From Heteronotia binoei (taxonomy: Eukaryota), in contig NC_083227.1 of assembly GCF_032191835.1 (NCBI RefSeq), forward strand, positions 55,428,001 through 55,492,000: a stretch of 64,000 nt of DNA, read 5' to 3'. Below, piece after piece: positions 26,701 through 39,700 of the stretch; position 1 is the stretch's first letter, and each line of letters opens with the position of its first letter. The notes under the pieces were generated by a model that was not told the origin of the DNA, searched no databases, and worked only from the letters and a program-made list of their open reading frames with translations. The translations under genes were made by a program, and so were the position numbers.

Positions 26701-28437
26701 TCAGCGATGCAGTGCAGTGTGGCTGAGCAATAGGCTGACTCAACAGGATCCTGCCTTCATCACCAGTATAAAATACTGGGCTTAATGCATGAGAAGGCTC
26801 ATAGTAGAGTGATCACAACTCTTTATAAGTGATTACAGCATTGCAAAGGCTAAACTCAGACTGGAACCCAGGGCCAACAGCCATGCTTATATGCATGCAA
26901 ATCGCCCCACCCCAAACCCAACGTCTCTTAACTATAAGTCCAAATACTGGCCGATTGACTCTTAATGGCCACCTCCCAGAGTCCAGGTGGCTATTGTTCT
27001 GGAGCCTCAAGCTCAACAAAGTTTCTGGTAGCACACCCAGGAACGTTCCAGTGACAATACATAACACTGTGGTCAGAACAATGCAGACAAGCACATGGGC
27101 CAATGGAACCAAAACATCACACATTCAAGATCTGCCATACAAGAAGCATGTAAATAAAAACGGCAGGAAGTTGACCAGAACAGCCAGGGACCACGTTTAT
27201 GGCCCTCCTGTTCACTCCAGACTTCTGCTTAATGTTTGGAGGCCCTATAAGGCCAAAATTGACCCCAATGGCCCACTAAGTGACAACCTGCCCGAATAAG
27301 TCTCAGAGAAAAGATGCCACATCTAGAAAACTTGCTCTGTAGGTTTAGTGTCATAAACTGTGTAGGACTATGCCATTGCTCAGAAAAATATTCAGAGTAA
27401 TGAGGTATCCAATTCCTTGGTGACACACACACACACAAATAAATTCACAGTAAACATTCAAATAGCAAAGTAGAAGATGTATGGCCATTTTTGCCTTTTT
27501 ATGGTAGAAGATCTACCACTTTCTGTATAGACATGGGTTAATATATGTTCACCGAAGTCAATTTTCTACCTCAGAATGAAATAAAGGCAGCTATAGGGAA
27601 TGCAGAGATAGGAAACTCCCTGACTGGCAGCATTTCAGTATTAATCTCAATACAGTAAAGTTCCAAGAATGTGAGAAATAAAACACATCCTCCCCTTCTC
27701 CCCCCCACCACATGCTGCCTCACCAAACTAATATAGCTATAACCTGTGATCATAGGGTTTACGCTAGCGTTGAAAGCTGCTCCAGCAATGCAAATTATCT
27801 GCCAATTACCTATCAATTATTTATAGCGTCGGGATTTATAAATATGGAATATCTTAAAATGTCTCATATTGGAAACCCAGTCATCTGAGGAACAGGGGGA
27901 GGAAAAAGACATTTAGAAAACAGCCTTAACAAGAAAAGACAACTGAACTGGGAATGCATTATTACCACCAACCACAACCCCTCGAAAAAAAAAATAAAGG
28001 AAGGTAAACGAATATTGTATTCTCCACTGTACCACATTTTATTTGATTTGCTTCCATGCTATGACCTGTAATATAAAGTAGTCTTTGCAATTCCAAGACT
28101 ACATGAGAAGAAATATGCCAAGATGTCTATAATGAAAAAGTGTACTATTCATCAATAAGGAGCAAAGCCTTTCTATTGCACACTGAATTATTCAATAAAT
28201 GTAACTGACAACCCATTGTTGCAGCGGTTCACAGCCAAAGAAAGCCCTAGAAAGGTAACATGAGCTGCTGCAGCTTTCATATGAACCAAACATGATGCAC
28301 ATTAGGTCACAAATCTAATGGGCCCTGCGGATCTTCGAAACATGTCCTTCCCTGTGCTTCTGTCCCCTGATTTTTATTCTACAAGCAATCAGAACAATCA
28401 AGGATGTTTCTTCGAACCAGAATGTCACCAAGAATCT

Positions 28438-28704
28438 GATAGCCAGTTTGGTGTAGTGGTTAAGTGTGCGGACTCTTATCTGGGAGAACCGGGTTTGATT
28501 CCCCACTCCTCCACTGGCACCTGCTAGCATGGCCTTGGGTCAGCCATAGCTCTGGCAGAGGTTGTCCTTGAAAGGGCAGCTGCTGTGAGAGCCCTCTCCA
28601 GCCCCACCCACCTCACAGGATGTCTGTTGTGGGAGAGGGAGATAAAGGAGATTGTGAGCCGCTCTGAGACTCTTCGGAGTGGAGGGCGGGATATAAATCC
28701 AATA
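28438..28704 (+). mobile_element. tRNA-head SINE (Squam3-like)
   Basis: Near-identical to 9116-9412. Confidence 0.85.
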
Positions 28705-30268
28705 GGAGCAGGAAAGAGACTATAGTTTTAGTGTTTTGCGTGTAGGAGGTCCCTGACATCTCCAATTAAAAGTTCTCAGAATGCTGGGAAATAACCTTCT
28801 TGGTAAAAAGAATACATAAGCTTGTATTTAATAATAAAAGTAATAAAATAAGAGGACGATGAAGAAGAATATGTAAACGTAAGTAACCAAACAAGGTATA
28901 CAGGCATTTATGAACTCATGTTAATCCTAATAAAGTTATGGTTTGGGGGATTCAACTCTTAGTTCCCTCCCTGTACTTTTTTTTTTTTAAACTGAGATTG
29001 ACAGCTTGGCACACATAAAACCAACTTTACTAAGAAATCAGCATAATTGAAAATGCACTGAACTGAAATAAAGCAAGAGATCTGGGATTTGTTACTAGGG
29101 GCAAACCCCATCAAAAGGTGCCCGCTAGCAGAAAGGAATAGGATTCAGCTGTGATAAATTTCTCCCAGTAGCTTGTTGGATGGTGCCCTTGGCAATAGAC
29201 ACCTTGTGTGTGATGACAGAACGACCTCTATCCCAGCACCAGCCTTATCAAGTTCCAAGAATGTACAGATGGCAAAGAATGAAATACAAACATGACCCTT
29301 TCAGAGCACTGTAGCCCCTTCAATACAGGCACAAATTTTCTTCTCAGGGTCAAGGCTTAGGAAGAGGGGAGGGGAAGGGAATGGGGGAGAGCATTCAGCA
29401 AATTGGCTAATCCAGAGCTGAATGGCAAAGCAAAGGCACCAAGAAATCTACTCTCTCCCAATTCTAATTTTCTCTCCCACCCCCTTTTCAAAAGTACATT
29501 TTCTTTTTCAAAATATAAACAAATTAGCAGATCTATAAGCATGTGGCAGTTTAAAAAATTAAAAGCAAGGGGACAACGTGTCAGAGAAATGTAGGGGCAC
29601 AGGAAAACCAATAGCTAAGCAGCATTTGACTTGCTAGTATACCTACCTGTCATTTCAATTGTAAACTAGAAGGAAATAAGGCACAAAGCCTTTAGCTCAC
29701 TGCAAGTTCTCTTTCTTTTTTCTACTATGCCAGTTATAAGCCACATGACTACCATCTCAGCCCACAGTCAAATTGAAGAATAGGTAACTGGCTTACCTAA
29801 TAGTTACCCAAACTCCAAGATTATTATGTTCTATAGGGTTTCCCCCTTCATGCACTCTCAATAAAGGTTGGGGCAAACTACTGCTAAGTAGCAAGCCACA
29901 TCAACCAAGACCCCAGAAACCTGGATGCAAATCCTCACTCTGCCATGGAATCTTGCTGGGTGACCTTGTGTCATTTTCTTTTGGCCTACCCTACTCTACC
30001 TCACAGGGCTGCTATTGTGAGAACGATGTCATATAAGCCACTTTGGGTTTCCACTGGTGGGGGGGAAGCAAAGTAGAAATGTCTAAATAAACTGGGCAGT
30101 CCTGTACATAATGGTAAGTCAAGAAAACAAAATAAAACATTGCCATATGTAACTTTTTGTTTTTTCCTCAACTGAAAGTGCTCTCAGGTGTCCAAAGCAA
30201 AATGTCATATACCCACAATCATATGTGTAGTATGTGATCTAGTAAATCTACTGCAATCTTAAAGAGAT

Positions 30269-31593
30269 TGTGAGGAAAAACCCCCTTACAGAACATTGTG
30301 ATTACCAGCTTGGTTGCCAGAGCACCTGGAGAAGTGACTCGTGCACGTCTGGCCAGAGAGTGTGGGTAAACCTACCCAGGGGCAAAAGGGATTTATGCAG
30401 TACTAGCAGCCATAACGCTACAAAGGTACTCTAAACCGGTACAAGAGTGCCTACGAGGAGAACGGATGGTTTCCCGACGTTCCGTATGACGTCCATCTCA
30501 GCCACGGAGTGGAAGAAACTGCGCCGCCAGGAGCTATCCAGGCAAACGGTTTTGAAGTTCTGACCATGGAATCCATCGTGGAGGGCTAACACCACATGCA
30601 GCCATCTTCCTACCAGGCTTGACTCCATTCCAGCGAAGCGGACAGCTCACGTACACACCAAATGTCACCTATGCCTGCAAGCAACCTACCCATCCCAGGA
30701 GTGGTTAATCGTCCAACCGCCATTTTCTTTGTTTGACGGAACTCAAAACAAAGACTGGTGCCCAGAAGAAGACAGAAGAAGAGCCAGAGCCAAGTTCCTT
30801 TGTACAAACTTGGTGTTACCTAGGCCATGATTTGACTCTCTATTGTCACCCTTTTAGATAAGTCCATTAGTAACAAGTATCTCCCCACCCAAGTAATCTC
30901 TCTATTCTTTGTCCCAACTGTCATTTTCGGAGCCTCCCCCTGGTCCATTTCAACCTGAAAGTTCACTCAGGTATCCAGGATCCAGGCAAGTCCATTGGTC
31001 AAAAGCAAGCACCCAATTAGGTGCCACCAATGAACTTTCTATTGGTTGTCGCAGTAGTCCAGCCCTTATGGTCACTGCGAAACCTCCCCTTTTTGTAAGG
31101 TCATGCACCAGCTGACCACTTCTCTCCTCCCTCATACCTCCCATCCCCTAAGGGCTCAAGAGAGTCTTTATAATCTGTGGACTAGCCACCCACAGGTGTG
31201 CTTCTATCAGTATCCCAACTTCCGCTGCATAGATCCATCCCCGATTCCTGATCAGTTTCGGGTCCCTTCTCCCACTTCCTCACTTGTCGCCACTGGAGCC
31301 TTCCTTGAAGTTACGATAGGTAAATATCGCCCTGTTTGTCTACCCATATGTTCCCCTATCTCTCTATCTATGTTTCCTAGGACTGAATGTGTGTTTTTAT
31401 GAGTATTTTATCTTGTATGGAAGCCTATATTTTTCTTAATAAATTATAATTGTTTTACTTAATTAGAGTCCCTAATATTTTAAGCATTACTTTCTGGACG
31501 TGGAATCATGTATACACAGGTAAAAGATCCTGAGTGAGCCAGGTGCCCACCTTACAATTCCCCAACCTTGTTTTGAGTGCATTTTGGCTTACA
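30269..31593 (+). mobile_element. Long solo LTR (1325 bp), copy A
   Basis: TGTGAGG...GGCTTACA; 4-bp flanks AGAT/AGAC; inverted CCAAT boxes, TTTATAA (31167-31173), AATAAA (31438-31443); colinear end to end with 42114-43421. Confidence 0.85.
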
Positions 31594-32624
31594 AGACCTG
31601 AAAACAAAAAGCATAGGTATTCAGTTTTATTCCTCTCACCTCCTTGGTTGTCTGTCATGTCTTTCTTTAATCTTTTTAAAAAATCTGACTAACTTGAACT
31701 ACTCTGAAGGTGAGACAGATGAGGTAATTGGTTTTCCATATGTAGAGAAAAATGACTTGGAGCAATATCTTTATTATTCTTTCAATTAAATTTTTATCAT
31801 GTGTTCACAGGCAATTTCTTCAAGTGGGATAAAACATTATTTTCTCATTTAAATTTCAATGGTCTGTTCATCCTCTACAGATGCAAAATCAGGCATTTTT
31901 GCTGCAGTGTTATGATTAGACTTGGCACATAAAAATTCATATAGAAATATCCATATACTTATGTACAATGAAAAAAAGATTTGAGTTGACTCTAGAATTT
32001 CTTCTAGCTGATTAACTGATTAAAATAACAATTTCATTACTGCAACAAGTCTTTATAGTTACAACTGGTTTTAGTACCACAGTAGAACAATTTCCCCTGT
32101 TATATGGCAAATGTTTTACTCTGAGTTACTACCCCCAAGGCAAGAATGCTAACCGGCAGCAAATATCTCAAGTCATTAGCAAGGCACATGCACTCTTTCA
32201 AAGCATCCAGATTTACTACATGACAATTCCACATTTATAAAGTACAACATTCCCAAACAAAAATCAATTACTATAATTTTCTAATTTATACACCTCACAA
32301 TGACCCATTCCCTCTCTGAAAACATACTGTCATCAAGAAAAACAGACATACCGTAGTTCTGTCACTTAGCTGCCTAAGAAAATGGTCCAGTCTTCCCTTT
32401 CATAATGCTCAAGTATTTCCTTGTCCCTTCACTGTTTCAAGAAAAGATGGCTCTAATATCTCATTTAGGTTAACAATAGAAGAAGAGACTCCCTGAGGAA
32501 CATTTTGTACTAAACTTTTAAGTTGTCTTTGGTGTTTGGTTTGGCAAATAAACTGAGGCCAGAAGAAACAATGGCCACTCAACTGTCAAAGAATTAATGG
32601 AACTCATTGAGCCAAGTGGCCTAC

Positions 32625-32828
32625 CCATTTGTCCAGCATGATACGCAGCCCAAGAAGTTCCTCACTGTCAGTTCCATCTCCTTTTTGCACAGAGCCAGAA
32701 CCATACATTGACACTGAATCTGTAGCCAATGGCGGTATGTATACACAATGCATAAGTAGTGAAATAAGTGGTAAAACTCCAATGCAGCCAGGTAACTGCG
32801 TTTGGATATTACCATGAACTGATGCAAT
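32625..32828 (-). other. Candidate 204-nt exon
   Basis: Acceptor AAATTTCCCAG after a pyrimidine-rich stretch; TGG|GTAGGC donor; two frames open across it (IASVHGNIQTQLPGC...LRIMLDKW; LHQFMVISKRSYLAALEF...). Protein not recognised. Confidence 0.3.
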
Positions 32829-34632
32829 CTGGGAAATTTAAATCAAGTATTGGGCATAAGAGCAGGAGAGAAGCAGGAGGAGCAACTGGAGTGCACAAGT
32901 ACAGCCAACAAGCTTTGTCTGTGCCCAAAATGGGTAAACCTCTATTTAATTCCCAATTGCAATGATATCTGAATGAACACAGAAATTATCTTGTTTCCAC
33001 TGTAGTAGCTAGTCTCTCTTCAGCCAGAGAATAACGGTGGAACATGAAATCGTTTTATCTGAATGGTTTTCCCTGTTGTATAGGAAAACAGGATAATCAG
33101 TGTTTAAGAAAACTATACAGCCTTTGCTCAAAACAAAAACCAAGAGTCAAGCTCTCTAAGCTCATCTGCCTATATTTCCACTAACTAGCAAACACTAAAA
33201 TATTGAAATAAAATCTACACAACCGAAACTGTATTATTCCATCCCCAGAAATGCTGGATTATCTATTTAGATCAGGGAAAAAATAATTTCTATGATTTAA
33301 TACTAAAGCAAGGTTTTGCTACATATTCAAAACCTTAAAAACAAGAAACCAGTATAAAACACATTATTTAACAATGAACTGGCCTATTTTTTTCCATTGC
33401 AACTAAAATTGTTATGCTCCAAATATTTATTCTGCTTCCATTCAGCATCTCCATTTGTTCAGCCTTTGATGCTAACGCAACAAACATTTAGACTTAAATA
33501 GATGTATCCTCTTATTAGCACTCAAATCATTTAACCAGATCCGTATGGGCTTAATGGAGTTATAAAATCTTTAAAGAAATTTCATCAGATTCCCACTTTC
33601 TGGGCCTTCAGTTTTTAAAAATAAAAGAGTGAATTACAGGACATCATGCAATTTAAAGGCTATGAAAGATAACTGATGGTCAAACAACAAATGATCGGTT
33701 AAAGGAGCTACTTCAGTTTTTTAAGAGTAAAAAATAGCTGGTATGATTTTGGTAGAGGCCATAGAACAAGGGTCTGGAGATGGGGGGTTAACCTATGTAG
33801 TTATTTGTCCTTTGTGAGAAATGTGTAAGGTTGAATCCAGTGATAATTTTCCACACAGAGGCATTTCAGTCAGCAGGACAAAACCTTCCTGTTTCCCCTC
33901 CTTCTGCATCCCATTCAGCTTCCTGAAATGTTGCTCCTAGGGGAAACACATGGGGCAAACAGTCGAAGAGGGGGGTCAAAAAAGCCTCCCTTGCATTTGT
34001 GAAATATTGTCACTGGATCCAAGCCACAGGCTCCATATTGGTGCTTTTGTCTCCCTCACTCAGCCCTGGCCTGGCAAAAGAACAGCTGGGAAATACCATA
34101 GACAAACTCCCCCTTCCCATGACATGGCCACAATCCAGAACCCATTCCTTCATTTTGCAGTTCATCATTTCCAAGTCCATTCAACGATCTTGTCAAGTCT
34201 CACCAACCTTGACAGTCTCCCATATCAAAAGCTCATTAAAAATTGAGAGACCATACCAGCAGGAAAGGGTTACGTTCAGCCATAAGCCTTCTTTACCCAC
34301 ACAAAAGGAAGAGTTGAAACATTCATCAACCTCCCTACTGACATGCTAAAGGGAAGCACTGTCGAGAGGACTGCATCAAAAGGCTTCCCCTGAATATTTC
34401 AACTGGACACAGATTTTATAAAGGTAGTCCCCCTGTGCAAGCATCAGTCGTTTCTGACTCTGGGGTGACGTCGCATCACAACATTTTCACAGCAGACACT
34501 TTCCAAAGACTGAGCCCCATTGAACAGACCATGGTAGAATTCAGTGTAGACCTGTTTAGGATTGTTCTCTAAGAGTTCTATGCAAGCTGCTTTGAGCTTC
34601 TTCAAGAAATAGTAGGGTAACAGGTAAATAAA

Positions 34633-34927
34633 GCAGCCCTGTGGCACAGAGTGGTAAAGCTGCAGTACTGCAGTCCAAGCTCTCTGCTCACAACCTGAGT
34701 TTGATCCCAGCGGAAGCTGGGTTCAGGTAGCCAGCTCAAGGTTGACTCAGTCTTCCATCCTTCCGAGGTTGGTAAAATGAGTACCCAGCTTGCTGGGGGG
34801 GGGGGGGAAATGTAGATGACCGGGGAGGGCAATGGCAAACCATCCCATAAAAAGTCTGCCATGAAAACATTGTGATACGTTTCCCCAGAGTCAGAAACAA
34901 CTGGTGCTTGCACGGGGGACTACCTTT
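34633..34927 (+). mobile_element. Sauria-type SINE
   Basis: Full head-to-tail match to the 24.0 and 55.8 kb copies; partial minus-strand copies at ~34420-34503 and ~36598-36700. Confidence 0.87.
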
Positions 34928-36554
34928 AAAAAAAAAAACACAGGTAAATAAAATTGCAAATAAGTTATCTAAATACATTCTCAGCATCTCTGTTATTGTT
35001 CTTAGATCTGCTGGATGCTTTTGATACTATGTCAAACTGTGGAGGCACTTGAAAAGTGAGGTGCATCTGGGCAGAGATGCATTGAGATTGTTTTCATCCT
35101 TTAAAAAAAAAAAAAAAGACAGATCACATAAGGTTCACAGATGATTACAAATGAAGATGCCTTATCTTGAATCAGACCACTGGTCCATCTCAGTCAGTAT
35201 TGTCTACTCAGACTAGCAATACGTCTCCAGGGTCTCAGGTAGAGGTCTTTCACAACACCTACTGCCTAATCCTTTTTAACTGGAGATGCCAGGGACTGAA
35301 CCTGGGACCTTCTGCATGCAAATCAGAGGCTCTTCAACTGAACCACAGCCCCTGCCCTGAAGGCTGCAGTGAAAGACGCAAAATCATCCCTTTGGGAGCA
35401 GACATGGAGGGTGCCATGAGGCTTAACTCCCATGTTGTTTAAGTATACACCACTGATGGCGAATGAGTTTAGCTGAAAATCTTTGCCAAGAGCTTGGAAC
35501 ACTGTGGGATCCTAGTCTCCTGGTAGAAAAGTAAGCAACCACGTTGACAACAACAAAAGCTTTCTTCAAGTTTTACTTACTTAGGAAGCTTGCTCTCTGT
35601 CTGCAGACATTTGATCTGGCCACACTGATCAATGTTTGATACCAGATTACTGTAATATGCTCTTCACGGGGCTGCCTTGAAGACAATCTGGAAACCTCAG
35701 CTGGTCCAAAATGCAGCAGCACATTTGCTATCAAAGAAGTTGCTCCTCATCAACAATGCACACCAGTTGTCATTAGGACAATACTATCCTGAGACACTTT
35801 TACTGGATGCTTATTGGTTTCTGGGTCAGTCCAATTCAAAGTGCTGAAACTTACTTTAAAACCCTTCATGACTTGGGGCCACATATTTGAAAGACTGCCT
35901 CTCCCTGCATGCTCCTGTGTAACAGCTAAGGCTGTGTCTCCTTTGTCTAACATGCATTCTACAAAGACTTAGGCTTCAGTTTTTCATTGGATACCCCATA
36001 ACTGTGAAATATCCTCCTCCCTCTTCAGTAAGATGGTAAAATATTATTATGGAGACCATTTAGGGCACTCAGACTGTGGGCAAGAAACCAAATGTTATTT
36101 TTGGCTATTAACAGGCTTTTATATCAGCTATTTTATCTCATTTAAAATTTATTTCATATTTATTGTTTTTAATGTTCAGTGTTCTGATCTATTATGTAAC
36201 AACATACAATTTAACCTGTTTTATATCTATTGGTATCCAGCTTGGGTAGCTAAGCTGCCAAGAGAAAGGTATGTTTACATTTTAAATAAATATTTTTTCA
36301 CTAAGCATGATCAAAAAGCATATCACACAGAAGGGTGGAACTTCATCCCTAATGTGTGGAGTTACTAGGGGATCACCATAAGCAGGTCTAGCCCACGTCC
36401 CAATAGTGTCCACAAATTAACCCCTTTATTTCTATCACATACTTGAATGTTTGTAATTTATTTCAATGTGACTAGTAGCTCCTAGATATAGCTCTTGCAA
36501 CCAGAGCAAAACTTGCTCTCAGTAACAGAAGAGTCAGTCCTCAAAGACAAAGAA

Positions 36555-36770
36555 GTGAGTACCTGAAAAAGTGAGCAGTGACTCACGAAAGCTCATAAAG
36601 GTAAAGGTGGTCCCCTGTGCAAGCACCAGTCATTTCTGAGTCTGGGGTGACGTCGCAACACGGCATTTTCATGGCAGAATTTTTTTTACAGGGTGGTTAG
36701 CATTGCAAATTTTGTTAAGTCTTTAAGGTGCTACTGGACTCTTGTTCTTTTCTACTGCTCACAGCCAAAG
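36555..36770 (+). mobile_element. Penelope-like pseudo-LTR fragment with a hammerhead-like motif, split by a SINE fragment
   Basis: CTGAAAAAGTGAGCAGTGACTCACGAAAGCTCATA, then after the SINE piece TTTGTTAAGTCTTTAAGGTGCTACTGGACTC. Family assignment is from recall, not a search. Confidence 0.5.
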
Positions 36771-39700
36771 GTCATGGTAGAGGGATGTATGCTTCAGGGG
36801 TCTTTGCCATACACAAGCTTTCCTTTTGCAAATGCTGCAACCATCATTATGACAGACATTCTGCTACTAAATACATCTAGTCAAACGTCTAAAAAGAAAT
36901 GTTGAAAATGGACACTAGCCCTACACAGAAAAGGTCAAAGGAGGGGTGCTACAGCTTTGAACCACAATGTAATTCTCCATCTTAGGTACCAAAGCTTCTG
37001 AACTGGTTCAGAGATTGTTTACGTAATGTAATACTTAAAAATGAAGAAAGCAGAAAACAGCAAACTGTTTCATTTAAATTTCACAGATGAAGAAACCAGG
37101 CTTGGATGTCAGGGAAAGGAACACACGCAATCACAAGTACTGACTAAAATCAAATAACCAAGACCTTATGTATAAAAATATAAACTCAGATGTCCCTTTC
37201 CCACTGCAAAGAAACCCCGCCCCCAAATATTTCAACTTCAAAGTTCCTTGAGTGTTCTTCACCACTGCTCACCATCCTATTATCACTGACAATTCATTCC
37301 ACTTGGTTATTCTACAGCGGTGGTACTCAAATCTCATGGAGAGCCGCATTCACAAGTACCGTTTACCAAAAAAGTCACGAGTCTTGTATCCCTTGTGGGC
37401 CATCCCAACACCAACACACACGTATAATAATACATAACTATTCATATTAAATATATCTCTGTGTCTGTAGAATTGTCTCTCTTCACCACTGTTGAACCCC
37501 AGGTATTTGGACTGAAAGGAGGGCTTCCCTCCCTGCCATCCTCTCTGTTCTCTTCTCAGTATGAGGAACAGTACAAGAAGAGAGTGAGGCTGACAGAGTG
37601 CCTGGAGGAGACAAAGCTAGCTGTGAAATGGGAGGAAAAACTACCACCACCACCCCCATTTTGGCCAGTTTACTCCCCCCCCCCCTGAGTGATTTTGTTC
37701 TCTTTGTGGCCAGCTTGCTTTCCTTCTGGCAGCTGCCTGGGATGAGAATGCAGATACCTGCTTTTAAATGCTCTAACAGTGCCAAAGTTAAACCCTTCAA
37801 AGTCCCCTGCTGCCAATGAGCTTGTGGAAACCCTGAGCCTGCTTCGGCGGGGAGGGCGGGATATAAATAAAATTTTATTATATTATTATTATTATTATTA
37901 AAAACATGTAACTCTGTTTAGGATTACTGTTAACTCCCATTAATATCTCCTTAACCTGCCCACCATTAACTCAAGATTTTGAAAGTGTATAGCCTCTTAC
38001 ATTTCCAGTGCCTACTCTTCACTGAAGTGAGCATTCCAGTCTTCTTTAGTGGCCGTAAGTTATGTGAGTGGAGGATGATACAGGCTTCCTAATAAATACT
38101 AAATAATAATCTCATGTGTGTGTTGTATTTAGTGTCATTTACCACTGAAATACAGAGCTGAACTATCACTGACTTCTACATAGAATTGGGCTTATATAAA
38201 TTGCCCAGCTTATCATGCATGCATGCTTCTACACAGCTGCTTCTGAAATTGTGCTATGTGTTATCTAGAAATCTGAACAGAAACAGTTTCATCCCTTTCT
38301 GAACTCACAGTGGAAGTTCTTTTATGTATTACATACCACAGGTACCAGAGACTTCAAGAAAACACACAAAACTATGAAAAGAAACAACTCCACAAGAATG
38401 AATCAGAGGTGCAACTTCATATGTAGATTAATATTAACTAAAGGTGAAGATACAGATTCCCCTACTAGTGACAAATCTTTCTGAGCTAGAAGTGGATTTT
38501 TCAAGAAATCTAACCCAAGTTTCCAAAGGAAATACTGAAAAACCTTTATTTCATAAAGTCAGAAGCACACCAAAGTAAAACAAAATATGGCTAATCCTTG
38601 GGTGTTCCTGCCTGGCTCATTGGAGCCAGACAACCAGAGTTTGGGGACTTGGGAACAATGGGCAGCAGGATCCTACTCCCTGTTGTCCTGCTCCAATCAC
38701 AGGCCCCCTGCTGGTTTGAATGGACCAACAGAGTGCTTGTGTGGGAACCCTGACATGTATATACAGTTGACCCAGTCTCCAGTCTTATGCCTAGCCTTTA
38801 CTATGCTGAAATCAATAAAAAGCTGATGTTTCACTACCACTTTGCCTCATCGATCCATCGCCTCATCGATCCACAGAACCCACTATATTATACTCTCTTT
38901 CTGCCCCCTCCAACCCAGCTCTCTCTTTCTGCCTCCCATCATTTCCCCAGACTTCCTCCTCCTCACACAGCAGCAGTGGTGGCCGCAGCCCTCCAGGAAT
39001 CTCAGCCGTTAGGGCTGCCAGCTGCAACTTGAGAAATTCCTGGAGTTTTGGGGATAGAACCTTGGGATGGTGAGGTTTAGAAAGGGAATAATGCTATAGA
39101 CTCCACCCTCATCAGGGTACAATGCTATAGACTCCACCCTCCAAAGCCGTTATTTTCTCCAGGGAGCTGATCTCTGACATCTGGAGAGTAGCTGTAATTC
39201 TGGGTGATATCCAGCCCTCACCTGGAGTACTCCCCACAGAGGAAATGGCTGCTTTGGAGGGTAGAGACTATGACAATATACCGGCTTGATGTCCCTCCCG
39301 TTCTCAAACCCCACCATCACCAGTATCCATCCATCAAATCTTTAGGAATTTCCCAACCTGGAGTTGGCAACCCTATCTCCTTCCCACCTAACCTTCCTTT
39401 ATCAGACCCTCTGTCTTCAGCTCTCCACCCCCTTCCCCACAGCCTCTATCTAGGAAAGATGCAGTCTTTCTCCACAGTGGGGACCAAAGCAATTTACATT
39501 ATTTTTGTCTCATTTTTTTCTGCACAACACCCTGTGAAGTAGGTTAGACTGAAAGTATGAGACTGGTCTAAAATCACTCAGTGAGCTCCCACAGCAAGAT
39601 GGGGATCTGAACTTGGGCCTTTCAGAGCCTGCTCTGAAGCTTAATCTCCTGCACCACATTGGTTTTCATAGGGTAGCTGCTGTTGAGCTTGGCTGCCAAC

